Shown piece by piece: positions 25,601-37,100 of a stretch of DNA of 64,000 nt. Position numbers and translations under genes: made by a program. The DNA lies in NCBI GenBank assembly GCA_964247055.1, contig OZ176051.1, forward strand, positions 4,340,001-4,404,000. The letters are read 5' to 3'. A model generated the notes under the pieces. It worked only from the letters and a program-made list of their open reading frames with translations. It did no database searches and had not been told where the DNA came from. Numbering within the stretch: the first letter of the stretch is position 1; the number at the start of each line of letters is the position of its first letter. Origin of the DNA: Paragordius varius. Lineage: Eukaryota; Animalia; Nematomorpha.

Positions 25601-28600
25601 GCTGGCAAAAGAGTTAACCAACAGTTCTGCAATATCCAAGCATTTTAACATCTATATTTTCCACATCCAGGGGTAACAAATCAGTAGCTGTTTGAATAGC
25701 GTTGTGTATCTGCCAATAATGTTTTGATTAAGATTATTCGCTAAATTGTTAAAAATATTTTTTGTGCCGCTTCTTGCATGACCCAGCGCACTTTGTGATG
25801 ATTTCGTCTTTATTATTTTTTTCTAGAATATTACAATCACTTCACCCTTTGTTCGTGCACATGTAAATTTATTGAATAAGGTACAAACAACCTGTGAGGT
25901 ACAAATTTTTTTATATTTATAATGTATTTGTGTTAAAAATAAATAAATATTACAATAAATTTTTTGTATAAAAATTGGTTGTGCCCCCCAATGACCCCCC
26001 CCCCCCCCCCTTCAGATTTGTCCCGCTTTTTCCTTCAAAAAATCTGGTCACCTTAGTTATATTACCCCGAAAAAACATAATTATTTTTTAATAATTGTTT
26101 AAGGGTGAATTTGAATTGTGAATGGTATATAACTGTTAATTTATTTTTTGTAAGCTGGCTGTGATTTTTGACTAAATAGTGCTCAAAAAATTGGAAAACG
26201 CAACTAAAAATACATATAAACTGTCATTTATAGAAAGTTATGTAATTCATTATTAATAAAACTCTATTTTATTGTTAATTCCTTAGGTTGTGAAAACATT
26301 TTTTAAACGTCACCCCAAAGACACTCACATTGCGGAAATGCTAACAAATGTGTATATTCAAGAAGAGGTACCGCCAAATACTCTTATCAAAGGACCGAGT
26401 ATCATTATATCACCAAATGGGTATTTATAAATTAATTACTAAAAAAACTCTAAAATAATACATGTATCATAAAATAATTAGAACTATAATCGTTGAACCG
26501 TACTGTACTTCCACTATAACGGTGCGTGGGAATGTTGTAATTGAAATTTGCGAACCCGAAGAAATTGAGCTCTGTATGACAAACGGACACTCTGCTTCCA
26601 TGGAAAACAAACGCATCGATAAAATTGATCCTATAAAATTATCTCTATACTGTCACAGGTTTTCTATATATTATATTTCGAACTAAACAGTATATATTTT
26701 TTAGATATAATAGACTTATATATCTGAGAATATAAGGCTTTTTAACCTAGCTAACTATATATTTAAAAGCTGCTTTGTAGGTTTTCTTTTGCAACAATGT
26801 TTTGTCTAAAGGTATATGAGTATAGCGGAACGTATGGGTAGAATGCTCAAACTTACAGCTTTGTCGACTAACATAAAAGAGCGATTAGATTTTTCGTGCG
26901 CTATTTTCTCTCCTGACGGGGGATTGGTAGCCAATGCTCCACATATTCCAGTTCATTTGGGTTCAATGCAACAGGCAGTCCAATACCAGGTAATTTCTAT
27001 TAATAAGCGGTGTCCTGAAGTTCTGAAAGGTCCTCGAATCGGTTTCGATTTGGAGATATTATTTTATATAAATAGATAAATTGGTAGTTTTGGGTCTCAA
27101 AAAAGCTCTCGTTCAGTTCTAATTCATTTGGGAAAAAGATATTTTTTAAATTTTATTATCAAGGACTTCTCAGACATTATTATTACATTTAAAATATTTT
27201 AAATAGAAACAATTTAATAATCTATAACCAGAACTTAAACTGTATATTAATAGAATGATTTAATAGTATAATGCATTGTTTTATCAAACTCAGATTGAAA
27301 CACTTGGCACTAATTTATTAGATGGGGATGTCATTTTATCCAATCACCCTTGTGCTGGCGGAAGCCACCTACCAGATTTAACGGTCATCAAACCGGTAAG
27401 TTTTGTAACTATTGGCTTTAAAATAATTACATATCATTTTAAGGAATAACATCGGTATTAGTATTATTTTGATGTTAAAAGCTAAAATAATAATTTTTGT
27501 AAGTATAATACAAATTGAAATTATACGGACAAAACGTAAAAATATAAAGACATATGTTTTTTTCTAAAAGACAAACATGCTATTTTAAACCTTAATATTT
27601 CCCTTATAAAAGTAGTTAATTACAATTGTAATTTTATATTTTGTAGTTTAAAAAAATCATTTATATTTAAAAAAATCCACATTAAAAAAGTATATAATTA
27701 CAATTGTAATTTTATATTTTGTAGTTTAAAAAAATCATTTATATTTAAAAAAAATCCACATTAAAAAAGTATGGGTATCGAAAAAAAATATTTTTATATT
27801 TTTACCTTTTGGTCGTGTAATTTTAATTTTTACTTTATACTTATCCTGTCTATTTGTTATCATTTAATAGTAATCAAATTAAGAAATATCAAATTTTCAG
27901 TGACGATCCTGTATTTTATGAATAAAATTATTTTTAATATTTCAATTTGATGGTCTCAACTAACTATTGATGCCGTAAACACAAAAAAACACAGTTAGTT
28001 TCAAAGTTTAAAATCATAAAATGTAATAACTGTTCAGTTTACCTTGGAATATTTCCATGTGCGGACTTATGTTTATGACTGTTTGGAGTGTTACAAAAGT
28101 CAAAATAAAATGTCATAAAATGTAAAAAAACAACTTTATATTATACAAAGGTTTTTCGAAACGGTAAACCACTGTTTTGGGTTGCAGCCCGAGGACATCA
28201 TGCTGATATTGGAGGATCTTTACCAGGTTCAATGCCAGCCAATTCGTCCAAACTTTCAGAAGAAGGCGCTACTTTCATGTCTTTCAAAATTGTGGAAAAT
28301 AACGTTTTTAAAGAGAAAGGTTTAAATTATTTAATTTATTTAACCACATGAAATCCATATAAACGCAGAAATTGAAACTGAGATTGGAGGCTTTAGCCTT
28401 TTCATAAATCTTTTTGCGACCAAAAAAACGTTCATTAAAAAACGGTTTCGTCTGGAAAATAATTTTTTTGAATAATTTTTTAAATAATTGATTACGAGAT
28501 AAACCTTATACATTTATTATTTCTATTCATTTTCTCGATTTGTCAGACTATATAATATAGTTAAAGAGCTTATAATTTTGTGACATTTTATCTTGCATCA

Positions 28601-31104
28601 AAATATTAGGCTATCATTAAATTTTAAAATTTAACCGAAATAAGAACCATCCTAATAACATTGGAACCGGAACTAAAATTATTTGGACAAAAAAATCTTC
28701 GAAACTGAAACAGATCAAGAACCGTTTTTTCATAAAGATTTCGGTTTTAATTTATATATATATAAACCTATTTGATATTTTTTCAGAAGTTTTTGAAGAA
28801 TTTATGAAGCCCCAGCTTATTCCAGGATGCTCGGGTGCGAGACGCATACGTGACAACATTGCTGATTTGAAAGCTCAAATTGCTGCCTGTCAAAAGGTTT
28901 AAGTAACTAAAATTATTATATATAAAGTTTAATATTTTAATAAACTACAGCAACAATCTTATTTAAAAACGATAACTACTTTATGGATTCATTAGAGGTA
29001 TTTGGCGTATAAATCGAGAAAATAGAGCAAATTTTACAAAAAAACAAATTTACGCTTTAAATAGTTTTGGAGATGTTGCATAAATGTGGAAAAAAAACGT
29101 TAAATTTATTTAAAAAAGGTGATTCATGCATGTCATAAAATCTTGATTGGTTTAGGGAATACAATTGGTAAACGATTTAATAGCAGAGTATGGGCTTGAT
29201 GAAGTCCTGCAATACATGAATTTTATTCGACAAAATGCACGGGATTCTGTTTCTCAACTCCTGAAAAGTTTCAAATCTCATGATGAGGTAAATCAAGATG
29301 GAGTATTGCCGCTACATACATGTGAATATATGGATGATGGAACCGCTATAAATTTAAATATTACGATAGATACGTTAAAAGTAATATTGATATTTTAGTC
29401 AATAATATAATTTATTTTTTATAAAAAAGTAATGATCAGATGTTTGTTATGTTAGCTAGTTATGAGTTTTTATAGGCGATTAAGTTAAAATATATTGGTT
29501 AAACCATGTAGAAATATTTAATAAATAACCCACTAATATAAAAATTAAAAACTTTTTTATCATAATTTAATTTACATATTTTTATTTAGGGCGAAGCCGT
29601 TTTTGATTTCACTGGTACAGGTTATCAGGTTATAGGCAATTGCAATACCCCCAAAGCTATAACATATTCTGCCATTTTATATTGTTTACGATGTATGATG
29701 GGCCATGATATCCCTTTAAATCAAGTTTGAAAATAATATTTCTCTTATGATCGATTAAAACGACATTTAGATATAGAAAAACCAAAAACTGCTGCATATT
29801 CGCAGAATTTATGATTAAAAATACTTTTAAGTTAATCTAAGCTAAATTATTATTCAAAATATCCCTTTAACTAAATGAAAAAATTTTTGCTAAACAAAAA
29901 CAAGTGCCTTTATATTTTTAATAATACGACCATATTTAAAGTCTCAATTTTTATTGATTCATCAACCTTTTCACAATTACAAATAAATTTAGGGTTGTTT
30001 GGATCCCATAAAAATTGTAATTCCACCTGGTAGCATATTGGATCCCTCACCAGATTCCGCTGTCGTGGGCGGAAACGTACAAACTTCTCAAAGAATTGTG
30101 GACACGATTTTCAAAGCTTTTAACGTTTGCGCTGCTTCTCAGGTTTGGTTAATGCGTATATTTAATGTTAATTTAACCTTCAAAACATGCGTTTAAAAAA
30201 TGGCAAAGTTATAGCTTGAAAAATTAAAACGCAAAAGAGATGAAAAGCAATTTATTGGAAAAGGGTTGTTGCCTTAACTTTTACTTCGAAACCATACCAA
30301 CGAATCCTTTGTTAAGATTAAAAATATGTTTTAGGGATGCATGAATAACATAACGTTTGGTGATGGGAAAGATTGTGTGTATTACGAAACTATTGCCGGT
30401 GGTTCTGGTGCTGGACCAGGTTTTAATGGACGAAGCGTGGTTCACACTCATATGACTAATACTCTTATAACGGATCCTGAAATCTTGGAGAGAAGGTATA
30501 ATTTATATTCCTTTTGCCATAAAATGGTTGGTTGGGACGGAAAAATATTTTATGTGGTACTCTGAATACTTTCATATGTATAACCAATTCTTTTAGCTTT
30601 TTATCTTGTTTAGTATTTACATTTAACTTAGAGCTTGTATTAAAGTGTTAGTTAATTTAACAAGGTGTTACCTATGCAATTTGTATTTATAGTTTTTTGT
30701 ATGTATGATACAAATTGTAGCGATGATAATATTTTCATAGCCTATATTTATATTTTTGTGTTATGATGCAAATGACATACAGTCATGTATCCTCGAAAAT
30801 TTTTTTTTTTTTCGTTATGAGTTGAAATATTTGGTAAAGAATGGAAAAAACAAGAGCTCTATGGTAATTCTTATACTTTTTTGATGAATATGATTATTTT
30901 AATACCATAGAGCTCTTGTTTTTTCCATTCTTTACCAAATATTTATAACCATATAACGAAAAAAAATAAATTATTGATAAAATAAAGGATACATGACAGT
31001 ATCTATTAGTTTACAAGTTCTTTGTATGTATCATGCAAATACCGGCATGGATCCTTAATTTTTATTTGTGTTATTTGATAAAATGTAAAATACCTTCATA
31101 GTAA

Positions 31105-31145
<41 letters not shown>

Positions 31146-34100
31146 CGATTTTACTAATAAATGCATTATCATTTTCTTACACTATCTCTATGATCTAACA
31201 TAACATAATACAAGGAAAAAAATATAAAATTGCAATTTCATTTACTAAATATTTACAACATTTTGCTATATATTTAACAAAGCAGTTTTTTGATTTGTTT
31301 TATGTTTAGATATCCTGTTATATTGGGAAAGTTTGGAATATGCCAAAACACAGGTGGTAAAGGTCAATATGTAGGTGGAAACGGTGCAATTCGTGAAATG
31401 CTTTTTAGGAAACCTCTTAATTTATCCATTTTAACCGAAAGGAGAGTTTTGCATCCATACGGGCTATTTGGTATTTGCTTTAATTATATATCATCATTTC
31501 TGATTTCGGTATTAAATAGTGTATGTCATATTTTTGTGACTTACGATTGGCAACATCTTTAGAAGCAATATTTATTTTTCTTCAGTTTATTGTTTCTTAG
31601 GTTAGCGGGCCTAAAATATCTTTAAATCTGTTTTTATTGCATTTTTAATATTTTGTATAAAATTTCTTTTCTTTTATATTACCTAACCAGTTAGATCTTA
31701 TTGCTCTATATCTAAGAGTTTGTTGTGAAAAATGGAAATTATTTTTTTTATTTGGCTGAGGAACACATAAAGGATGGATTTTATTTTCAGTGTTCTTTTA
31801 TATCCGTTTTATTCATGGCTAGTTTGGGCACATGTGCCAAAGTTAGCGGTATCGCTTTAGCTTAAACTTAATTTTTAATTAAGAATATGTTTTGCGGCAA
31901 TGCTTGGACTTAAATGTTAATATAAAAAATATGAAAATTTATTTAAGAACGTGTCATAGAATAAATAAAATTTGCGTACGGTTTCGGACACTATATATGT
32001 CCGTCAGCGTTAAAAAAAACATAAATGGATATGGATAAAATGGTTGTTCTTTATATACAATTTTTAATAATGTTTATTGTTGTTTTTTTCCAAAAATAAT
32101 AAGTGTCATTGAGAGTGGTTTAAACCATGTCGAACGAACAATTTTTTAAATTTACAAACATAAGTTACTAAAAATTATGAATAAAAAGACAAACAATGGG
32201 ATCAATCATCAAGAATGACTTTCCATATATACCATTTTCATGCAAAAACATCATTTTTTCAACCAAGCTCAACATTTTTTCATGCAAACGCAACATTTTT
32301 TTCAAGCAAACGCAACATTTTTTCAAGCAAAGACAACAATTTTTCAAGCAAACGCAACATTTTTTCAAGCAAACGCAACATTTTTTCAAGCAAACGCAAC
32401 ATTTTTTCAACCAACGACAACATTTTTCAAGCAAAAACAACATTTTTTTTTTATATAAAAAACCATTTTTTTTATTTTAAGACATATTAAATTTAAAGTT
32501 AATGTAAATTAATTTTAGCGTAGAATTATGATTATTGTTTTATCATTAATATTTGATGGTATGATTGATTTTTAAACATTTTAATTTAGCCCAAAAATTC
32601 CATTATTTATTTATATTAATTATTTTATTCTTTTACAACTTAAATTTCACCTAATCAATCTATACTGCGCTTCAAGATTGTTCTTTTAACTTAGTCCTAG
32701 AACACTTCAAGTTGATCCTTCAATATTTTAATTTTGATTCTAACGTTTATTAATGAGGCAATAAAATATTCATTATTCAATCATTTAAACCTATTTTTTT
32801 TATTTAACCTAAACCTTTAAGTGAATACATTTATTTCATAAGAACCGTATATCCTTATTATTTTCTATAAATTAATATTAATAAATATCTACGTTTTGTG
32901 GGTTATTGATGGTAATATTTAGTTTAAAACAATAATAAATTTATAATATTGATAAATTAAAGAAAATTTCAAAAGTTGTTTTGCTATGAAAATATTAATT
33001 TTGATTCAAAAACCAATAAATAGAGATATTAGTTTAAATTTAAATAGATAATTACGCACAAAAATAACGGTTGTATGGTGCAAAAAATGTAAGGAATTTT
33101 AAGCGAAGGATAACTTTAAATTTTTAAAGAGAGTCTTAAAGCGCAAATTGTATTGATTGATAAAAAAATATTTATAAATAAATAATGCAATTTATGGGCT
33201 AAATTAAAATGTTTGAAAATCAATTATACCATCTATTGATGATAAAACAATAAAAATCATAATTCTAGTCTAAAATTAATTTACATAAACTTTAAATTTA
33301 TGTCTTAAAATAAAAAAAATTGGTTTTTTATTTTAAAAAAATTGTTGTTTTTGCTTGAAAAAATGTTGTCATTGGTTGAAAAAATGTTGCGTTTGGATGA
33401 AAAAATATTGTCTTTTGTTGAAAAAATGTTGCGTTTGCTTGAAAAATTATTGTCTTTGCTTGAAAAAATGTTGCGTTTGCTCGAAAAAATGTTGTCTTTG
33501 CTTGAAAAAATGTTGCGTTTGCTCGAAAAAATGTTGTCTTTGCTTGAAAATGTTGAGTTTGGTTGAAAAAATGTTGCATTTGGTTGAAAAAATGATGTTT
33601 TTGCATGAAAAATGGTATATCATTCATCTTTTATCCTTCCTCTTGGTTAAAGTTGTTTCTTTTGAGAATCTCTAATGCACGTGTAAGCCTTTGATTATTT
33701 TTGAATCCAACAATTTTCCGCAAAACAACTTTCAAAATCCCGTTTTTTTATGTTATACTTGTCTTTATTCAGTCGTGTTTTAACTTTCCTTGCGATTTGG
33801 CCGATATAAACCTTACCAGGTTTAAGCCACTCTCAATGACAAATTGTTTTAACTTATTATTTTTAGAAAAAAATAACAATTAACATTTTAAAAAATTGTA
33901 TACAAATAAGAACCATTTTATCCATACCCATTTATATTTTTTTAACGCTGAGGACGGACATACGTTATAGTGTACGAAACCGTACGCATTTATTTATTCT
34001 ATGACACGTTTTTAGATAAATTTCCATATATTTTATACTATTTACGTGCCGAAAATGAATTATATTCTACAATTTAAAAATTGATTTTTAACATATTCTT

Positions 34101-37100
34101 GCAAATACTGGTGATATGAGCCATTTTTTACTATCCACACCCTTTTTAAAAACCGTTTTATCAATTAATAATTTTTTTAAAACTAGGTAGGTATCTGCTA
34201 ACAATGTAACTAGAAGTAATAAAGTTTTATAACCCCTTCCTTAATCTGCCACATGGTATATTAAAAAATGATTGATCGTTGTAAGCAGGTTCTACGTTTT
34301 TATTAGTTATTACTTTACAAAACTAACCAAGGACTTAAGCTGTTTGTACATTTTATATAAATTATCGGAAGCGACTATTCAATTTCAAATATATTCAAAA
34401 TAATTATATTTGCTTATTAATTTTTCCTCCTTCATAAATAAATTATAGGCGGAGAATTTGGTTCCCGAGGTGTAAACTTATTGAAAAAATGTGACGGAAA
34501 AATGGTATACTTAGGATCAAAATGCTCAACCAAAGTGGATGCTGGGGTACTATTACTAATTTTAGACAAAAGATTATTTTTATCACAATTAAATTTTAAA
34601 ATGCAAATTTTAAAACATATGTGTTAAATCATTAATGAAACTTATTTATTATTATTTTTTTCATTTCATTTTAATTTGGATGCAACGATAAATGACCGCA
34701 TTAAAACAGTACAAGATAAATAAGGACAAAACGGTGAGAAAAATCCTGAAGGGATATAAATATTAAAACCTGAAATGCCACAAATAACTGATGATTCGGT
34801 ATTTGGGCTATTTTTTAAAATAATTAAAACACTCACACGAAGTTTTCATTTTCAAATAACGTGATTCATATGGAATAAAAAATTTTGAAAACCCCAATTT
34901 TATCAATGATTTTATTGACTAACCTTAAATAATTATGCTTTTCTGAGCTAAAACTCTTAAATGATATTTGCCTATAACATATTTATCATTTTGTCGGATC
35001 AATACTTTAATTTAAATTATTTTAATTTTTTATGTTACTTTTCAAAATATTTGTATAAAATTTATAGATTTAAAATATCATAATCAGTTAATTGGCTTTC
35101 GTAAATACTAAACTTGTTTTTGATAAAAGTATACCATTTACAGTTCAAATTCACCCTTGAACAATTCAAATTCACCTTTGAACAATTCAAATTCACCCTA
35201 AAAATAAATTATGTGTTTTCGAACTAATATAATTCATTATTAATATGAAATATATGTTTATGGTATAGTTTATTTTTTTTTTCAGTATTATTTTAATTCA
35301 AAACAAAATTTTTATTTTTGAAAAATATATAAAATATAAATAATTTTTAATCTTTAAAAACATATTTTATTTGAGGGTGAATTTGAATTGTTCGAGGGTG
35401 AATTTGAATTGTTCAAGGGTGAAATTGAATTGTAAATGGTATAAAATGGTGGATTTCCTATTTAAAAATTGTTTAAATATGACATTTGAGCCATTGCTAG
35501 AGTTGCCGGCTGTCATCAAGCCTGGCGTGTGGTTCATTCACATGGCTCTTAGTAAAAAAAGAAAAAAATTAAGCAAACTAACTGTATCAATATACGTTTA
35601 ATCTTATTCTTTAAAAACGGAATCTACAAATAAATATATACCATTTACAGTTCAAATTCACCCTTAACCAATTCAAATTCACCCTCGAACAATTCAAATT
35701 CACCCTTGAACAATTCAAATTCACCCTCGAACAATTCAAATTCACCCTTGAACAATTCAAATTCACCCTTGAACAATTCAAATTCACCCTTGAACAATTC
35801 AAATTCACCCTTGAACAAAATGCTTATTTTTTGATTCATATTAAGGGAAAAAACTTTGGGAATTATTTTGCCATTTCTTAAAATTTTTTTAAATGGTTTA
35901 ATAATAAAATTCAAAGCGGAAATACCTATATTTAATAGAAAATTTCATAATTTTTCCGTTTTTTGATGTTCCAAGATTATAATACAAACATTAAAACAAT
36001 TATTAGCCATAAATCATTTATTAATATGTTTATAATAAAGTAAATAATAGCGTTAAAATTATAATTATTGGTGCACATAAACACGTCCCTCCGCAGCATT
36101 TGCAAGATTGTGGTTTACATAATCACAAAATCCTTTAACATCCGTTGCTGTTATTTGTAGGCATCCATAGTTAACTAAATCTTTCAATGATGCATTACTT
36201 TCATTACTAATTGCAGAGCAGACATTAGATTTTATTTTGGAGAATGCGTTTTCTATTGGATTGAGCATGTAGCTATATGGAGCCAAAAATGAAATTTTGT
36301 AGTGGTATCCATCAGCTATATTGTTTAAAACTTCCCTTTTGTGAATCTTTGCATTATCCAAAATAAAATGAATTCCTTCTAAATTCAAAGAGGTGAGAAA
36401 TTCACATAAATCTTTGAAAAAATTAGAAAATATGTCTCCATTTACATTTCTCTCACATTCTATTCTGTGAAATACAATTCCCTGTGACCCCATAGCTGCA
36501 ATAAGGGTTATGTTTCTTCCTTTTATGTTAGGAAGTTTAACAATGGCCCTTGTACCGCGTTTAGATCTTCCAAAATTTCGCCTAAGGTGGTTGTGGAAAC
36601 CACATTCATCAATGAAAACCACCTTTGTTGTATCAAAATTAAACGTTTCGAGAAACCAAATGGCATACTCTTTTCTTTTTCTAATTGTATCCGAATCATT
36701 TATTTTGTTAATCTCTGTATGAGTTTTTTTCATTGTTATCGCTAGTTTTTGGATTATATTTTGAATGGTACTGCAAGATATGCGAAAATCGCATTCATGT
36801 TCTAAAAATAATTTTAGCGATTTTAGAGTGATTAAGGGGTTTTCGCTAATTTTTTCTTCGACTATGTTGACAATGCGATCCGTAATCTTTTCATATCTCT
36901 TTCCACCTTGCGATTTACACTTAATATTTTTTTTGTACTTCATAACAAATGATTTGGCGGTATTATAATTAATATCCAACGATTCAGCCACCATTTTTAT
37001 CGAATCCCCATCCATAATTGTTGATTTTATTAGGCGCTTCTTATCATGTTCACTAAGTTTCGTATAATTCTTTTTGACATCTATCTTAGATTAAAAATAT

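Larger units (their letters stand above)
22060..26055 (+). mobile_element. hAT transposon (Blackjack-like termini), defective
   Basis: TIRs TAAGGTGACCAGA at both ends. Perfect 8-bp TSD GTTATATT at 22052-59 and 26056-63. Subterminal GTCCCGC repeats. Confidence 0.93.
21842..26127. mobile_element. TACCATTT-family MITE split by a hAT insertion (left part 21842-22059, right part 26056-26127)
   Basis: Same termini and 21-bp units. Joining the flanks of the hAT reconstructs a sequence colinear with the copy at 44099-44357. TA on both sides. Confidence 0.85.
31912..34045 (-). mobile_element. 5'-truncated Penelope-like retroelement (GIY-YIG C-terminus) with inverted terminal arms
   Basis: Minus strand from 33818: [37 protein letters not shown], then in another frame [26 protein letters not shown]. 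These are typical PLE GIY-YIG and C-terminal motifs, decayed. About 215-bp diverged inverted arms at 31912-32126 and 33819-34045. Outer limits are approximate. Confidence 0.8.

Noticed and set aside
32168-33675. Cys/Lys- or Phe/Gln-rich repetitive ORFs (KKCCVCL..., FFQANAT...)
   Set aside because: They are translations of a stop-free 21-bp tandem array, open in several frames on both strands, inside TIRs.
32117-33828. GGTTTAAACC / GGTTTAAGCC as a 10-bp TSD of a Penelope inserted at the tip of a foldback MITE
   Set aside because: The 10-mer is self-palindromic, so the inner ends of an inverted repeat look like a direct repeat. Hammerhead-like motifs in sense orientation favour the arms being part of the PLE.
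35641-35817. CRISPR-like appearance of the regular repeats
   Set aside because: Contiguous 21-bp units with no unique spacers, no cas genes, and a eukaryotic intron context.
35611-35914. FKGEFEL and NLNCSRV repeat ORFs (also 38631-38844 and 35371-35601)
   Set aside because: Translations of the subterminal 21-bp arrays of the Tc1 family.
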